64,000 nucleotides of DNA, taken from the NCBI GenBank assembly GCA_016218065.1, contig JACRFA010000097.1, forward strand, positions 940 to 64,939, in the 5' to 3' direction. Shown one piece after another: positions 10,068 to 18,961 of the stretch. This DNA comes from Ignavibacteriota bacterium. GTDB lineage: Bacteria; Bacteroidota; Ignavibacteria; UBA10030; UBA6906. The stretch's first letter is position 1, and each line of letters begins with the position of its first letter. The translations under genes were made by a program, and so were the position numbers. A model generated the notes under the pieces. It was not told the origin of the DNA. It ran no database searches and saw nothing but the letters and a program-made list of their open reading frames with translations.

Positions 10068-11045
10068 CTACAAATTCACAATCCACTCGCAGATAGATAC
10101 CAGTTGGTCATCATTTGTTAGGTTCGCCGCGTTATTGAGCGAGCCAACCTGAAGATGTTTAAAGATTTCGGAAGCCATGCTATCCTCAATTGCTGCCCCG
10201 ATGAAAAAGATTTGGGGCTTGTGTTTCCTGCGACCAAAATTCTTTCTGATTCGCTCCAAAGCTGAGTTGGCGGTCTTCCAATGTTCATCGGCTCCGGCAG
10301 GATCAATTCCACCTTTGAGTTCACCGAGAGCCACATATGCATCGATCTTATACACGAGCGATTGGTTCCCGCTGCCCAGGTCAGAGACAGTCCCCTCTAG
10401 AATGGAAAGGTCAACATTCTTCTTGACGATTGGCACTCGGATATTCGACATCAATACCCGACGGCGACCATTCTTTTCCCAGGACAATCCTTTGATGCGT
10501 TTCTCAATGTCCGTGTCGTCTTTTGGTCGCGCATGCCATGACTTTGTTTCGCCATCCTTCCATTGATAGTTCATTCCCGACAAGTTGAACACTGACAACA
10601 ACGAGCGTAAGAATTTTCTTTCACCTAGAATTCCGGCAAGGTTTCTGGCCTTTCCGCCCAACGCATCTCCCTTTGTTAGAAGATAACGGTACACGAGTTC
10701 GTCGACAAAGCCGTCTCCCGCAGGCTCGAGGAACTTTTCGATCATCTCCCGAATGGCTTGAGTCTTATCTTCGTCAGTAAGGTAGTTTAGTGACTTCTCG
10801 GAAAGGCCCGAAGCTGTGAGTAGCCCAACGGCAAGGTCCTCTATTTTCAGTAAATCTTTTGCCTGTGTAACTGTTCCAGCTAGTGATTTTAATGTCTTTG
10901 CTTCTTCGATGTAGGGAAATGCCAGGTAGTTTTTCTCGAGGGCGAGCGAAATGAAACCAGCCCTCGTTTTCTCTCGTGATGTGACCAAGTCATCGGGCGA
11001 TGCGATAGGAGTGTTCTTCATTCTTTCTTCCATAGGTACACGCAT
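10068..11045 (-). CDS. Putative type II restriction endonuclease, partner of the upstream methyltransferase. Start may be the internal Met at 11021.
   Basis: Sits immediately downstream of the MTase on the same strand. The ATG at 11019-11021 overlaps the MTase stop as ATGA, which is translational coupling. Candidate D...(E)xK segment 'VSDLGSGNQSLVYKIDAYVALGELK'. GC about 45% against about 57% for the flanks. No recognisable homologue by memory, so the family call is inference from context. Confidence 0.45.
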   Translation of the reverse strand: MRVPMEERMKNTPIASPDDLVTSREKTRAGFISLALEKNYLAFPYIEEAKTLKSLAGTVTQAKDLLKIEDLAVGLLTASGLSEKSLNYLTDEDKTQAIREMIEKFLEPAGDGFVDELVYRYLLTKGDALGGKARNLAGILGERKFLRSLLSVFNLSGMNYQWKDGETKSWHARPKDDTDIEKRIKGLSWEKNGRRRVLMSNIRVPIVKKNVDLSILEGTVSDLGSGNQSLVYKIDAYVALGELKGGIDPAGADEHWKTANSALERIRKNFGRRKHKPQIFFIGAAIEDSMASEIFKHLQVGSLNNAANLTNDDQLVSICEWIVNL

Positions 11046-12439
11046 TTTCGGATTTCGGTGCGGCCATAGTTCCCCATTTGTTGGCTGCTGTTACCTTTAC
11101 CTCGGGGCAAGACGAAAATATTCTGTGTGTTGAATCCAAGTCCTTCTGCAAATTCCGAGAGAATGAGGTCGACGGGGATTTCTTCCCCTCCGTAGCGAAC
11201 ATTATCGTTGACCATGACACAGTACCCTCCTCTCTTCGTTACTCTGGCCATTTCATAAATCGCAAAGCACATCTCCAGAAAATAGTTGCGTACCATTCTT
11301 GGAATATTGGCGTTGTTGAGCCTATCCAACTTGTTAAGTTCGCTTAGGATGTAATTCACTTCCGACATCGCAAGTGAGGAATCGTAGACACGGAGAACAG
11401 AGTCGAACGTACTGCTCTTGCCTAGCAAGGTGTACGTTTGCCTGAGTTGCTCCACTTTTTCTTTGTTCTCGACAGTACATGAAAGAAGCTCTTGTCGGAG
11501 GTTGCGTACTTTATCAGAGTCGCATCCGAGAAAGACTAATTCGAGCGCGTAGGTCCTTGTGTAGTCATAGCGGTTGCAGTATGGCGGCGAAGTCACGATG
11601 AAATCGAAGAAATCATTTTCAAAAGCTGGCAGCTCTTGCAGACACGATCCATCAATAATTTTGATTGAGGGATAATTGTGTCCGTTGTTCCGAGGAGTTT
11701 CAAAGAGCGAGTCACTCTGTGGAACTAGATCAGCGGAGATTTGTGATAGCTTGATTCTCAATGCCTGCTCGAAGGAGAGTATTCTGCCCTTGTTGAAAGG
11801 TTTGCCTGCCAGATCTCGCTTCGAGCGATAGTCCCACCTGAGGTATTGACCATCCTTTCGTGTATAGCTGATTTCTTCTAGAATCGAGAACGCGGCAAAC
11901 CTTAAGAGGGTTCTGATTTCCTTTTGTGGCACGTGTTCGCAATAGCTGAGGAATCTATTGAGCGCTCTCTCGGTGTCTTCTGGGAAAGCGTCCTTTGTGA
12001 TTGATATGTGATTGAGGTGAAGCGTGGTCCTCTCGAACTTATCATATTCTGACCAGAGGTTCTGTAGGCTTCTTCCGAGATCAGCAGGATCAATGTTGTG
12101 CAAGGCATCTCGTGTCTCCATAACGAAAATGCCGACAGGTAGAATTTCAATGCCGTAGGAGTCCCACCCAAGTGATTGGCCCGCAAACAGAGTCGTCCCC
12201 ACTCCGGCAAAAGGATCCAGCAACTTCCCGGGCTTGTCCGAAAATTTCGTCAGAAAGTACTGAACGAGTGTTGAAGAGAAGCCTTCTTTATACTTGAACC
12301 ATCGATAGATCGGTTCTTCCTTGTTTGCCTGGAAGCTAACGATTTGACGGCTAAGGTTTGAAGCCTTGATCAGTCTATCTGCAAACTTTTCGTATAGCTT
12401 CTGTCGTTCGGTAGGGAATATTTCTAATCGCTCATTCAA
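11018..12439 (-). CDS. DNA amino-methyltransferase (N4-cytosine or N6-adenine), Dam-like motif order
   Basis: AdoMet motif I 'LLDPFAGVGTTLFAG' near residue 75 (compare Dam 'LVEPFVGAGSV'). Catalytic motif IV 'IVTSPPYCNRYDY' near residue 283. SPPY is the variant usually seen in m4C enzymes. Confidence 0.8.
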   Translation of the reverse strand: MNERLEIFPTERQKLYEKFADRLIKASNLSRQIVSFQANKEEPIYRWFKYKEGFSSTLVQYFLTKFSDKPGKLLDPFAGVGTTLFAGQSLGWDSYGIEILPVGIFVMETRDALHNIDPADLGRSLQNLWSEYDKFERTTLHLNHISITKDAFPEDTERALNRFLSYCEHVPQKEIRTLLRFAAFSILEEISYTRKDGQYLRWDYRSKRDLAGKPFNKGRILSFEQALRIKLSQISADLVPQSDSLFETPRNNGHNYPSIKIIDGSCLQELPAFENDFFDFIVTSPPYCNRYDYTRTYALELVFLGCDSDKVRNLRQELLSCTVENKEKVEQLRQTYTLLGKSSTFDSVLRVYDSSLAMSEVNYILSELNKLDRLNNANIPRMVRNYFLEMCFAIYEMARVTKRGGYCVMVNDNVRYGGEEIPVDLILSEFAEGLGFNTQNIFVLPRGKGNSSQQMGNYGRTEIRKCVYLWKKE

Positions 12440-12754
12440 TCGAGATGTTCTTGATCTTCCAGATGGTAAGTTTCAAAGAAAGATACCAAATTGCGACGCC
12501 TATTCAAATTTTGCTTCTCCCTACTTTGGTGTCAGTCATGGCGACTGCTCCTTTCTGAGTTTATGATGATTGCCTTACGCCCCACGTAAAAGAATTCTAC
12601 GCTGACGCATTTCCGCTTAGCACATTCAACTGTGAATTCCTTATCTTGTCGTCAACATTTTTGAAAGAACACACCGCTGGCTCTATCGCAAACACATACG
12701 CCGCACATAAGCGTCATCGTTCCCGCCCTCAATGAGGAAAAGCTGCTCGAGCGC

Positions 12755-13426
12755 ATGCTCAAGCAATTCACACCGGAACTTCTTCAGCACTACAATCTTG
12801 AAATCATTGTGAGCGATGGCGGCAGTACAGACCGCTCGCTGGAGATTGCCCACCGGCACGCGCATCGCGTTGTGGAGAACGAAGAAAAAATCAAGCAAAC
12901 AATTTCGCTCGGACGCAACGAAGGCGCGAAGCATGCAACAGGCAGCATCTTCCTCTTCCTCAACGCCGACACGCTGATTAAAGAACCCGCGTATTTCTTT
13001 CGACGCATCAACGAAGAGATTCACGCCGACGGCCTCGCGGCAATCACGTGCAGCGTCGAAGTTTATCCTCACGAACAAAAACCGATCGACCGGTACTATC
13101 ACGGCTTCTACAATTGGTTCTTCTTCATGATGAATCAGGTAGGAATGGGAATGGGCCGCGGCGAATGTCACATCATGAAGCGTGAGGTGTTCGAGAAGGT
13201 CAAAGGCTACGCCGCGAGGATTGCCGCGGGCGAAGACTACGACATGTTCCGCCGCCTTGAGAAAATCGGCCGCATCAAGTTTCTGAAAGATATTGTTGTG
13301 TACGAATCTCCCCGCCGCTACCGCAAGTACGGCTACACCTACGTCACCGCCTCCTGGTTCATGAACTTCCTTGCCGTGCAGTTTCTCCGACGCTCGATTT
13401 TGGATGAGTGGAAGCCGGTGCGATAG
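12755..13426 (+). CDS. Family 2 glycosyltransferase (DPM1/GtrB-like). The N-terminus almost certainly extends upstream of the first ATG.
   Basis: 'IVSDGGSTDRS...LGRNEGAKHATGSIFLFLNADTL' GT2 core. The in-frame upstream codons 12701-12754 encode 'PHISVIVPALNEEKLLER', the canonical GT2 N-terminal strand, but carry no ATG, GTG or TTG before 12755. Confidence 0.75.
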   Translation: MLKQFTPELLQHYNLEIIVSDGGSTDRSLEIAHRHAHRVVENEEKIKQTISLGRNEGAKHATGSIFLFLNADTLIKEPAYFFRRINEEIHADGLAAITCSVEVYPHEQKPIDRYYHGFYNWFFFMMNQVGMGMGRGECHIMKREVFEKVKGYAARIAAGEDYDMFRRLEKIGRIKFLKDIVVYESPRRYRKYGYTYVTASWFMNFLAVQFLRRSILDEWKPVR

Positions 13427-13542
13427 TTGACTCTCGGTTGAGCAGATTGTACATTGTCAATGGCGCGCATACTGCTTCAAACTGTTCTTCCGATTCCCCG
13501 TCAGGGTTCATTCAACCTCGATCAGCGTCAAGGATTGTTGCC

Positions 13543-16179
13543 ATGAAGTGCGCCTCATACGTTATCATTGTCGCTCTCCTTTTCTTCTCATCAACAGAGT
13601 GCATCGCAAAGGAACATGCTTTAGGCAGGACGACCGCGCTCTCATCGATCTCACGATTTCCTTTTCAAGATTCCGCTCGCACGATACCTGAAGCTGTTCC
13701 AGTTGTTATGTCGGGCGAAACCGTCATGTTCTTCTGGGCTGAATCGACAGTCGTTCGTTCGGCGAAGAGCTCAGACGGCGGCGTAACATGGAATTCACCG
13801 ACAAATGTTGCAACTGCTCAAACTCCCGTTCAGTATCTTAGCGCTATTCGGTCGTCAACCGGACGCGTGATTATCGTTTGGCGTGATACGACCGGAGTAG
13901 TCGAAACGTATTCTGATAACGGACAAACATGGTCTGCACCTTTTGTTATTGCCACGACCGTCACTAATCTTCTTCTCTCACAAACAACAGATGGCAAACT
14001 GTGGCTTTCGTATCGATGGATTCTTGGCGGAGTTGTTCGGCTGATCACGAGTACAGACAACGGAGCCACGTGGACCGCGCCACTGTCGATGCCGTCGTAT
14101 GTGAAGAATCAACTCTCGATCGTCTCAGGGTTGGGATCAGCAATAGTCGGGTTCTTCATCTCAGCGGCAAACAAACTTGAAAGAGTCGTCAGCCTCAATG
14201 GAGGTTCGACGTGGTCGAGCGCAAGCCCGATTCTCAGTGGCGGCGGTAGTGAAGAGATGCCGAGGGCGCGAAATCTTTCCGTTGGAACAATCATCGTTGT
14301 TTATCAGAGCGGGAGAGTGGACTCAACACCCTTGCCATACACAACGTATGATGTCATGTACGTAGCCAGCTCGGACGGCGGAGCAACATGGTCATCGGCA
14401 CAGAACTTCACGCGCTATCTGGGCATTGACCAGTTGCGCGGTATCGATCTCATGAACGGCAAACCTTTCGTACTCTTCGGCTCAGATCGTTTCTTTCCTG
14501 CTCGTATCACAAGCAGTCAGCTTCCGCGTCAACTGTGGTACGGAACAATCGGCGGGACTCCTGATTCGCTTGCCCCGCCTGTTTTCCTCGGCTGGTCGGT
14601 CTCGCCGCAGATTACCAATTTTCCCGCGATCATCCGGGTGTACACCGACGACGAGGTGGGCATGCTGGCGGTGAAGGTTCGATACGCATTCAATGGCATC
14701 TTGCAACCGGAGTTGTCTTTGTTTGACGATGGTATGCACAATGATCTCTTTGCTGGCGACAATGTCTTTGGGAATGACCTGCCGCCGTTGCCGGAAGGCA
14801 CGATTGATTTCTGGTGTGACATCACTGATTTCACCGGTGTGTCACTTAGAAACAACCAAGTGGTGGTTTTCATCCGAGCTCCTCAAGATGCTCCTGGAGC
14901 GCAAGGAGATTCGATGAAAGTCTCGATGAACAATGTGGGGGTCTTCGGAAGGATTGTTCACAATTGGCCATCTCCGCGCCCGTTCTTTGTTGGTATGCAG
15001 TATCCTGCGAGGACAGATCTCGAGCATTTGTATTCCGGTGGCATTTGGATCGGGGGCATGATCGACACGTTGAGTGGGCGGTGGCCGCTTGTCTCCACTG
15101 TCAGCGAATACGATCCTTACATCACCGGCGAGCTTTCAAGTGCGGGAGGGTCAGCCGATACTGTTTGGAAAACGAAGGGACGAAACTCTCCCAAGCCTTC
15201 AGGGTGGGATGGCTACTGGGGAAACTCAATCGCTTTCCGCTCTCCGGGCGATCAGAATTTCTTCTGTACGTATTCGGACTATTTCTATCGCCCATCATCT
15301 CATATTCCGTTGGGTGTGAAAGTGATTCAGAGTTCATTTACGTGGAATGGCTCGACATTGCCCGGAGTTCAAATTCTCGACTACAGAATCGCAAACAATT
15401 CGCAGCGTACCATCAACAGCGCCTATGTTGCATTCTTTGCCGACGCTGATGTTGGCCCAAACACGTACGCGGGCTTTTATGGTAGAAACTACACGGAATT
15501 CTTCCCGGCATATCGTGCGGCCATCGCGCACAATTCCGTTGATCCTGGCAGCACGCCAATGGGAGTGTCGATCCTAGGTTCCGTGCCGGATTCATTGCGC
15601 ATCACGTACAAATGGTATCCCGGACTACAAAGCCCACAGACTGATTCGATGAGATATCAATTGATGAGTGATGGCGTCGTGCAGCCGACTGGCTTTCCGG
15701 CAGTTGACGATATTCGGTTTCTCGTTTCCGTTGGTCCGTTCACTATTCGGCCGTACACATCATCGAACCCTGACACGCTGCGCATCGGCTTTGCGGTTTT
15801 GTCGGCCATGAACATACCGCAGCTTTTGGATCGCGCAGGTCAGGCGCAAGATGTTTATCAACGTGTGATTGTGCGCGGCGAACCGATTGAGCCGCCTGTC
15901 CCACCCTCGATTCCGACGCAATTCAATTTGTCACAGAATTATCCCAACCCGTTCAACTCATCGACAAAAATTGAATATCAGATTCCGAGAACGTCGCACG
16001 TGGAGTTGAGGGTCTTCGACATTCTCGGTCGGCATGTTGCCACACTTGTCAATGAGGCAAAGACTCCGGGGACATACGAAGCGATATTCGATGCACGCCA
16101 GATGGCAAGTGGCGTTTATTTCTACTCGCTAAGTGCTGATGGATTTGCAAGTTCGCGAAAGGCTCTTCTGATCAGATAA
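13543..16179 (+). CDS. BNR/Asp-box repeat secreted protein with T9SS C-terminal sorting domain, tandem paralogue 1
   Basis: Signal peptide from M at 13543 ('MKCASYVIIVALLFFSSTEC'). Asp-box repeats 'SSDGGVTWNSP, SDNGQTWSAP, STDNGATWTAP, LNGGSTWSSA, SSDGGATWSSA'. C-terminal 'LSQNYPNPFNSSTKIEYQIPRTSHVELRVFDILGRHVATLVNEAKTPGTYEA...GVYFYSL...RKALLIR' T9SS domain. Confidence 0.7.
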   Translation: MKCASYVIIVALLFFSSTECIAKEHALGRTTALSSISRFPFQDSARTIPEAVPVVMSGETVMFFWAESTVVRSAKSSDGGVTWNSPTNVATAQTPVQYLSAIRSSTGRVIIVWRDTTGVVETYSDNGQTWSAPFVIATTVTNLLLSQTTDGKLWLSYRWILGGVVRLITSTDNGATWTAPLSMPSYVKNQLSIVSGLGSAIVGFFISAANKLERVVSLNGGSTWSSASPILSGGGSEEMPRARNLSVGTIIVVYQSGRVDSTPLPYTTYDVMYVASSDGGATWSSAQNFTRYLGIDQLRGIDLMNGKPFVLFGSDRFFPARITSSQLPRQLWYGTIGGTPDSLAPPVFLGWSVSPQITNFPAIIRVYTDDEVGMLAVKVRYAFNGILQPELSLFDDGMHNDLFAGDNVFGNDLPPLPEGTIDFWCDITDFTGVSLRNNQVVVFIRAPQDAPGAQGDSMKVSMNNVGVFGRIVHNWPSPRPFFVGMQYPARTDLEHLYSGGIWIGGMIDTLSGRWPLVSTVSEYDPYITGELSSAGGSADTVWKTKGRNSPKPSGWDGYWGNSIAFRSPGDQNFFCTYSDYFYRPSSHIPLGVKVIQSSFTWNGSTLPGVQILDYRIANNSQRTINSAYVAFFADADVGPNTYAGFYGRNYTEFFPAYRAAIAHNSVDPGSTPMGVSILGSVPDSLRITYKWYPGLQSPQTDSMRYQLMSDGVVQPTGFPAVDDIRFLVSVGPFTIRPYTSSNPDTLRIGFAVLSAMNIPQLLDRAGQAQDVYQRVIVRGEPIEPPVPPSIPTQFNLSQNYPNPFNSSTKIEYQIPRTSHVELRVFDILGRHVATLVNEAKTPGTYEAIFDARQMASGVYFYSLSADGFASSRKALLIR
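16022..16080 (+). repeat. 59-nt segment identical to 18630..18688, inside the T9SS sorting-domain coding region of the tandem paralogues
   Basis: Direct comparison: 'attctcggtcggcatgttgccacacttgtcaatgaggcaaagactccggggacatacga' occurs in both genes, and the surrounding DNA is clearly diverged. Confidence 0.8.
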
Positions 16180-16211
16180 TACTTCCTATCATTTTCTTGC
16201 TGAGGGTCATC

Positions 16212-18788
16212 ATGGCAAAACGCTCGACTTCAGTGGCTTGTGGTTTGACCATTCTCTTGTACTCAATCGCTCTGTCGCAGACACAGCCGGCATGGCAGGC
16301 AAATCTTTCATCCTACCCATACGATACAACGACCACAGGTATGAAAGGTTTCCCAATCGTTGTCTCGAATGATACAGTCTTACTGTGCTGGATGAATGGA
16401 CAACAGATCAAAGTTGCAAGAACTACTGGAGGCGGCAACACGTGGTCACAGCCCACAATCGTTGCCACTTCAGCTTCCTACAGTAGCGTACCATGGGGAG
16501 TGCGAACCGCGACTGGCAGAGTACTTCTTTTGTGGAGCGATAATACTTCCATCAGAACATGCTCTTCCATCGATGCTGGATTAACATGGTCCGCTCCTTC
16601 GACCCTATGGAGCGGTGTTGACGCAGATCTCTCAAGAACGATCGATGGCAGTCTGTGGTTGGCCTACCGGCCGTTTCCCTCATCGCCAAAAATTTTAATT
16701 CGAAGTACTGATGGAGGCTTATTATGGGGACCATCTCGACTCATCACGAGCGGTTATTGTGTGAATGTTGCCTTCGCGCTTGGAGATGGCGGATCTCTCC
16801 TCTGCTTCTTTGAGAATTCGCAGGGATATCATCTAATCAAAAGTTCAGATGAAGGCAGTACGTGGACTTCTCCGGTCCGGATTCCCGGTGCATTGCGAAC
16901 CCCGCGTGTCGTTCAACTGCAGAACCGAAGTATCACATTACTGTATAGCGAGTACGCGTTGCGGACACCCAGTGACCTTTACTTTGACGTCTTTTCGATG
17001 GAAAGCTCGAACGGTGGAACGACATGGAGTGCACCGACCGCATTCACACGATTTGTTCGCGATGATCGGCTTCTCGGTGTCGACGTTTGGAACAACAAAC
17101 CGTTCGTTCTTCTTGCGTCGGATCGTTGGCTGATGAACAAAATGTGGATGGGTGTTCTCGGGCTGACATCTGACTCGCTTGCCCCGCCAAGTCCACCCTC
17201 CGCCTCTGCCAGACATTATCAAGCCTATCTTCGGAATATCATTCGTGTAAGTGCCGATGATGAATCGGACATTGCATCAATAACTGCACGACTGTTCGTT
17301 GACAGCGTATACTCGCGTGCGATACAGTTTTTTGATGACGGGATGCATTGGGATGGGCGACCCGGCGACAACTCTTTTGGAGCGTGGCTCGATCCCATGC
17401 CGCCCGGCTTTATGGATTTCCGATTTGTCGTGACGGATATTTCGGGGAATACGCTCCCTGAGATTTCTGCATTGAGCTTTCAAAGCACAATCGGACCGCA
17501 CCACGATTTTGCCCGGCAAGGCAGTCGCATGAAGGTCACGCTCAGCAACCGTGGTGTGATTGGCAGAGATGAACTACCATTTTCGAACTCCCCAGATTCA
17601 ATGGGTGTGGAGTATCCCGTTGGATCAAGGATAGAGCATGTCTATGGCGCGGGACTCTGGATCGGGGGAATTATCGACACGAGCGGAACGGGGCAACGGC
17701 TTCACCGAGTTTCAGCGGCGTATGAAGGATGGTCGGGACCGCTATATGAATTCTATCCGACGCCATCCGATGCGGATTCGATCTGGCGTATCTTTGGCAG
17801 AAGCGCCGTGAAGCCGCCGGACTGGGACACCTACTGGGGCGCGGCGCTGCCGTTCAAACCACTCGCAGATCACAATCTACACTGCAAGTACACCGACTAC
17901 GACCGTGCTGTTACAGGGCACGTGCCATTGGGTTTGAAGGTGATTCAAAGCTCATACAGCCGAGACGATCAGTACGCTGAAGGCATTCAGCTTCTCGATT
18001 TCAAAATCATCAACACATCTCAGCGTGAGATCGACAGCGTGTACGTTGGATACTTCATGGATGCCGACGTCGGACATGTTGATTCGTTTGAGTATGCAAA
18101 ACGGAACTTTGTCAGCTATCGTCAAGCAGAGCGCTTCGCATTCTTTCACAATATTCTTGATGCAGGTTCGACTCCCGTCGGATATCACGTGCTGAGATCA
18201 CATCGACCGTTGGACTCACTATCCTTTGCCTTTCGATGGTGGCACGGACCATCGTCGCCGAACAATGACGCGGCGAAGTATGCCGCGCTAAGTTCCGGCA
18301 GAATCGATCCGGAACAATTTCCCGCGTTTTCTGATACGCGGGCGCTTCTCTCCTTCGGGCCGTTCCGTCTTCCATCCGTCTCGTCGGCTCAACGTGAAAC
18401 ACTGCGGGTCGCCTTTGCAATTCTCTGCGGCATGGACCTGAATCAACTCATAGAACGATCTGCACGCGCGGAGGAAATCTACCGTCAGTTGACTGTTGTT
18501 GGAGATGACCTCCCCGATCTTCCACGGGAGTTTGGATTGGAACAGAACTTCCCCAATCCCTTCAATCCCACAACGACGATCAGATATCAGATCGCAAAGA
18601 CATCGCACGCGGAGTTGAAGGTGTTCGATATTCTCGGTCGGCATGTTGCCACACTTGTCAATGAGGCAAAGACTCCGGGGACATACGAGGCGACGCTCGA
18701 CGGCCGAACGCTGGCAAGCGGGGTGTACTTCTACACGCTCCGCGCAGGCGACTACGTTGGCGTCAGGAAGGCATTGCTTCTCAAGTGA
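16212..18788 (+). CDS. BNR/Asp-box repeat secreted protein with T9SS C-terminal sorting domain, tandem paralogue 2
   Basis: Signal peptide 'MAKRSTSVACGLTILLYSIALSQ'. Asp-boxes 'TGGGNTWSQP, SIDAGLTWSAP, STDGGLLWGP, SSDEGSTWTSP, SSNGGTTWSAP'. Colinear similarity to paralogue 1 throughout. C-terminal 'LEQNFPNPFNPTTTIRYQIAKTSHAELKVFDILGRHVATLVNEAKTPGTYEA...GVYFYTL...RKALLLK'. Confidence 0.7.
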   Translation: MAKRSTSVACGLTILLYSIALSQTQPAWQANLSSYPYDTTTTGMKGFPIVVSNDTVLLCWMNGQQIKVARTTGGGNTWSQPTIVATSASYSSVPWGVRTATGRVLLLWSDNTSIRTCSSIDAGLTWSAPSTLWSGVDADLSRTIDGSLWLAYRPFPSSPKILIRSTDGGLLWGPSRLITSGYCVNVAFALGDGGSLLCFFENSQGYHLIKSSDEGSTWTSPVRIPGALRTPRVVQLQNRSITLLYSEYALRTPSDLYFDVFSMESSNGGTTWSAPTAFTRFVRDDRLLGVDVWNNKPFVLLASDRWLMNKMWMGVLGLTSDSLAPPSPPSASARHYQAYLRNIIRVSADDESDIASITARLFVDSVYSRAIQFFDDGMHWDGRPGDNSFGAWLDPMPPGFMDFRFVVTDISGNTLPEISALSFQSTIGPHHDFARQGSRMKVTLSNRGVIGRDELPFSNSPDSMGVEYPVGSRIEHVYGAGLWIGGIIDTSGTGQRLHRVSAAYEGWSGPLYEFYPTPSDADSIWRIFGRSAVKPPDWDTYWGAALPFKPLADHNLHCKYTDYDRAVTGHVPLGLKVIQSSYSRDDQYAEGIQLLDFKIINTSQREIDSVYVGYFMDADVGHVDSFEYAKRNFVSYRQAERFAFFHNILDAGSTPVGYHVLRSHRPLDSLSFAFRWWHGPSSPNNDAAKYAALSSGRIDPEQFPAFSDTRALLSFGPFRLPSVSSAQRETLRVAFAILCGMDLNQLIERSARAEEIYRQLTVVGDDLPDLPREFGLEQNFPNPFNPTTTIRYQIAKTSHAELKVFDILGRHVATLVNEAKTPGTYEATLDGRTLASGVYFYTLRAGDYVGVRKALLLK
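18630..18688 (+). repeat. Second copy of the 59-nt identical segment (see 16022..16080)
   Basis: Same 59-mer as above. Confidence 0.8.
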
Positions 18789-18844
18789 TCGCGCGATCAG
18801 AACTTTGTGCGCTCATCGTGCGTTAGTGCTACTGTAGCGTTGCG

Positions 18845-18873
18845 TTGACTTTCAGCGTCATTTTCGTTACACT
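18845..18873 (+). promoter_or_regulatory. Candidate sigma70-type promoter for ctpA (TTGACT-17-TACACT)
   Basis: TTGACT at 18845-18850, 17-nt spacer, TACACT at 18868-18873, about 90 nt upstream of the ctpA ATG at 18962. Confidence 0.35.
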
Positions 18874-18961
18874 CGCATGAGACAAAGGCGCAACCTTGAG
18901 GTCCGATGAACGCGTGACAGGTCAGAGTGCATCATTTTTTAGTCTTCTTTTGGGGAGTGTT

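Noticed and set aside
13408-13542. Upstream extension of the BNR paralogue 1 ORF (track start 13408), overlapping the GT2 gene end
   Set aside because: A signal peptide begins at the internal Met at 13543. The extension has no signal and overlaps the 3' end of the GT2 gene.
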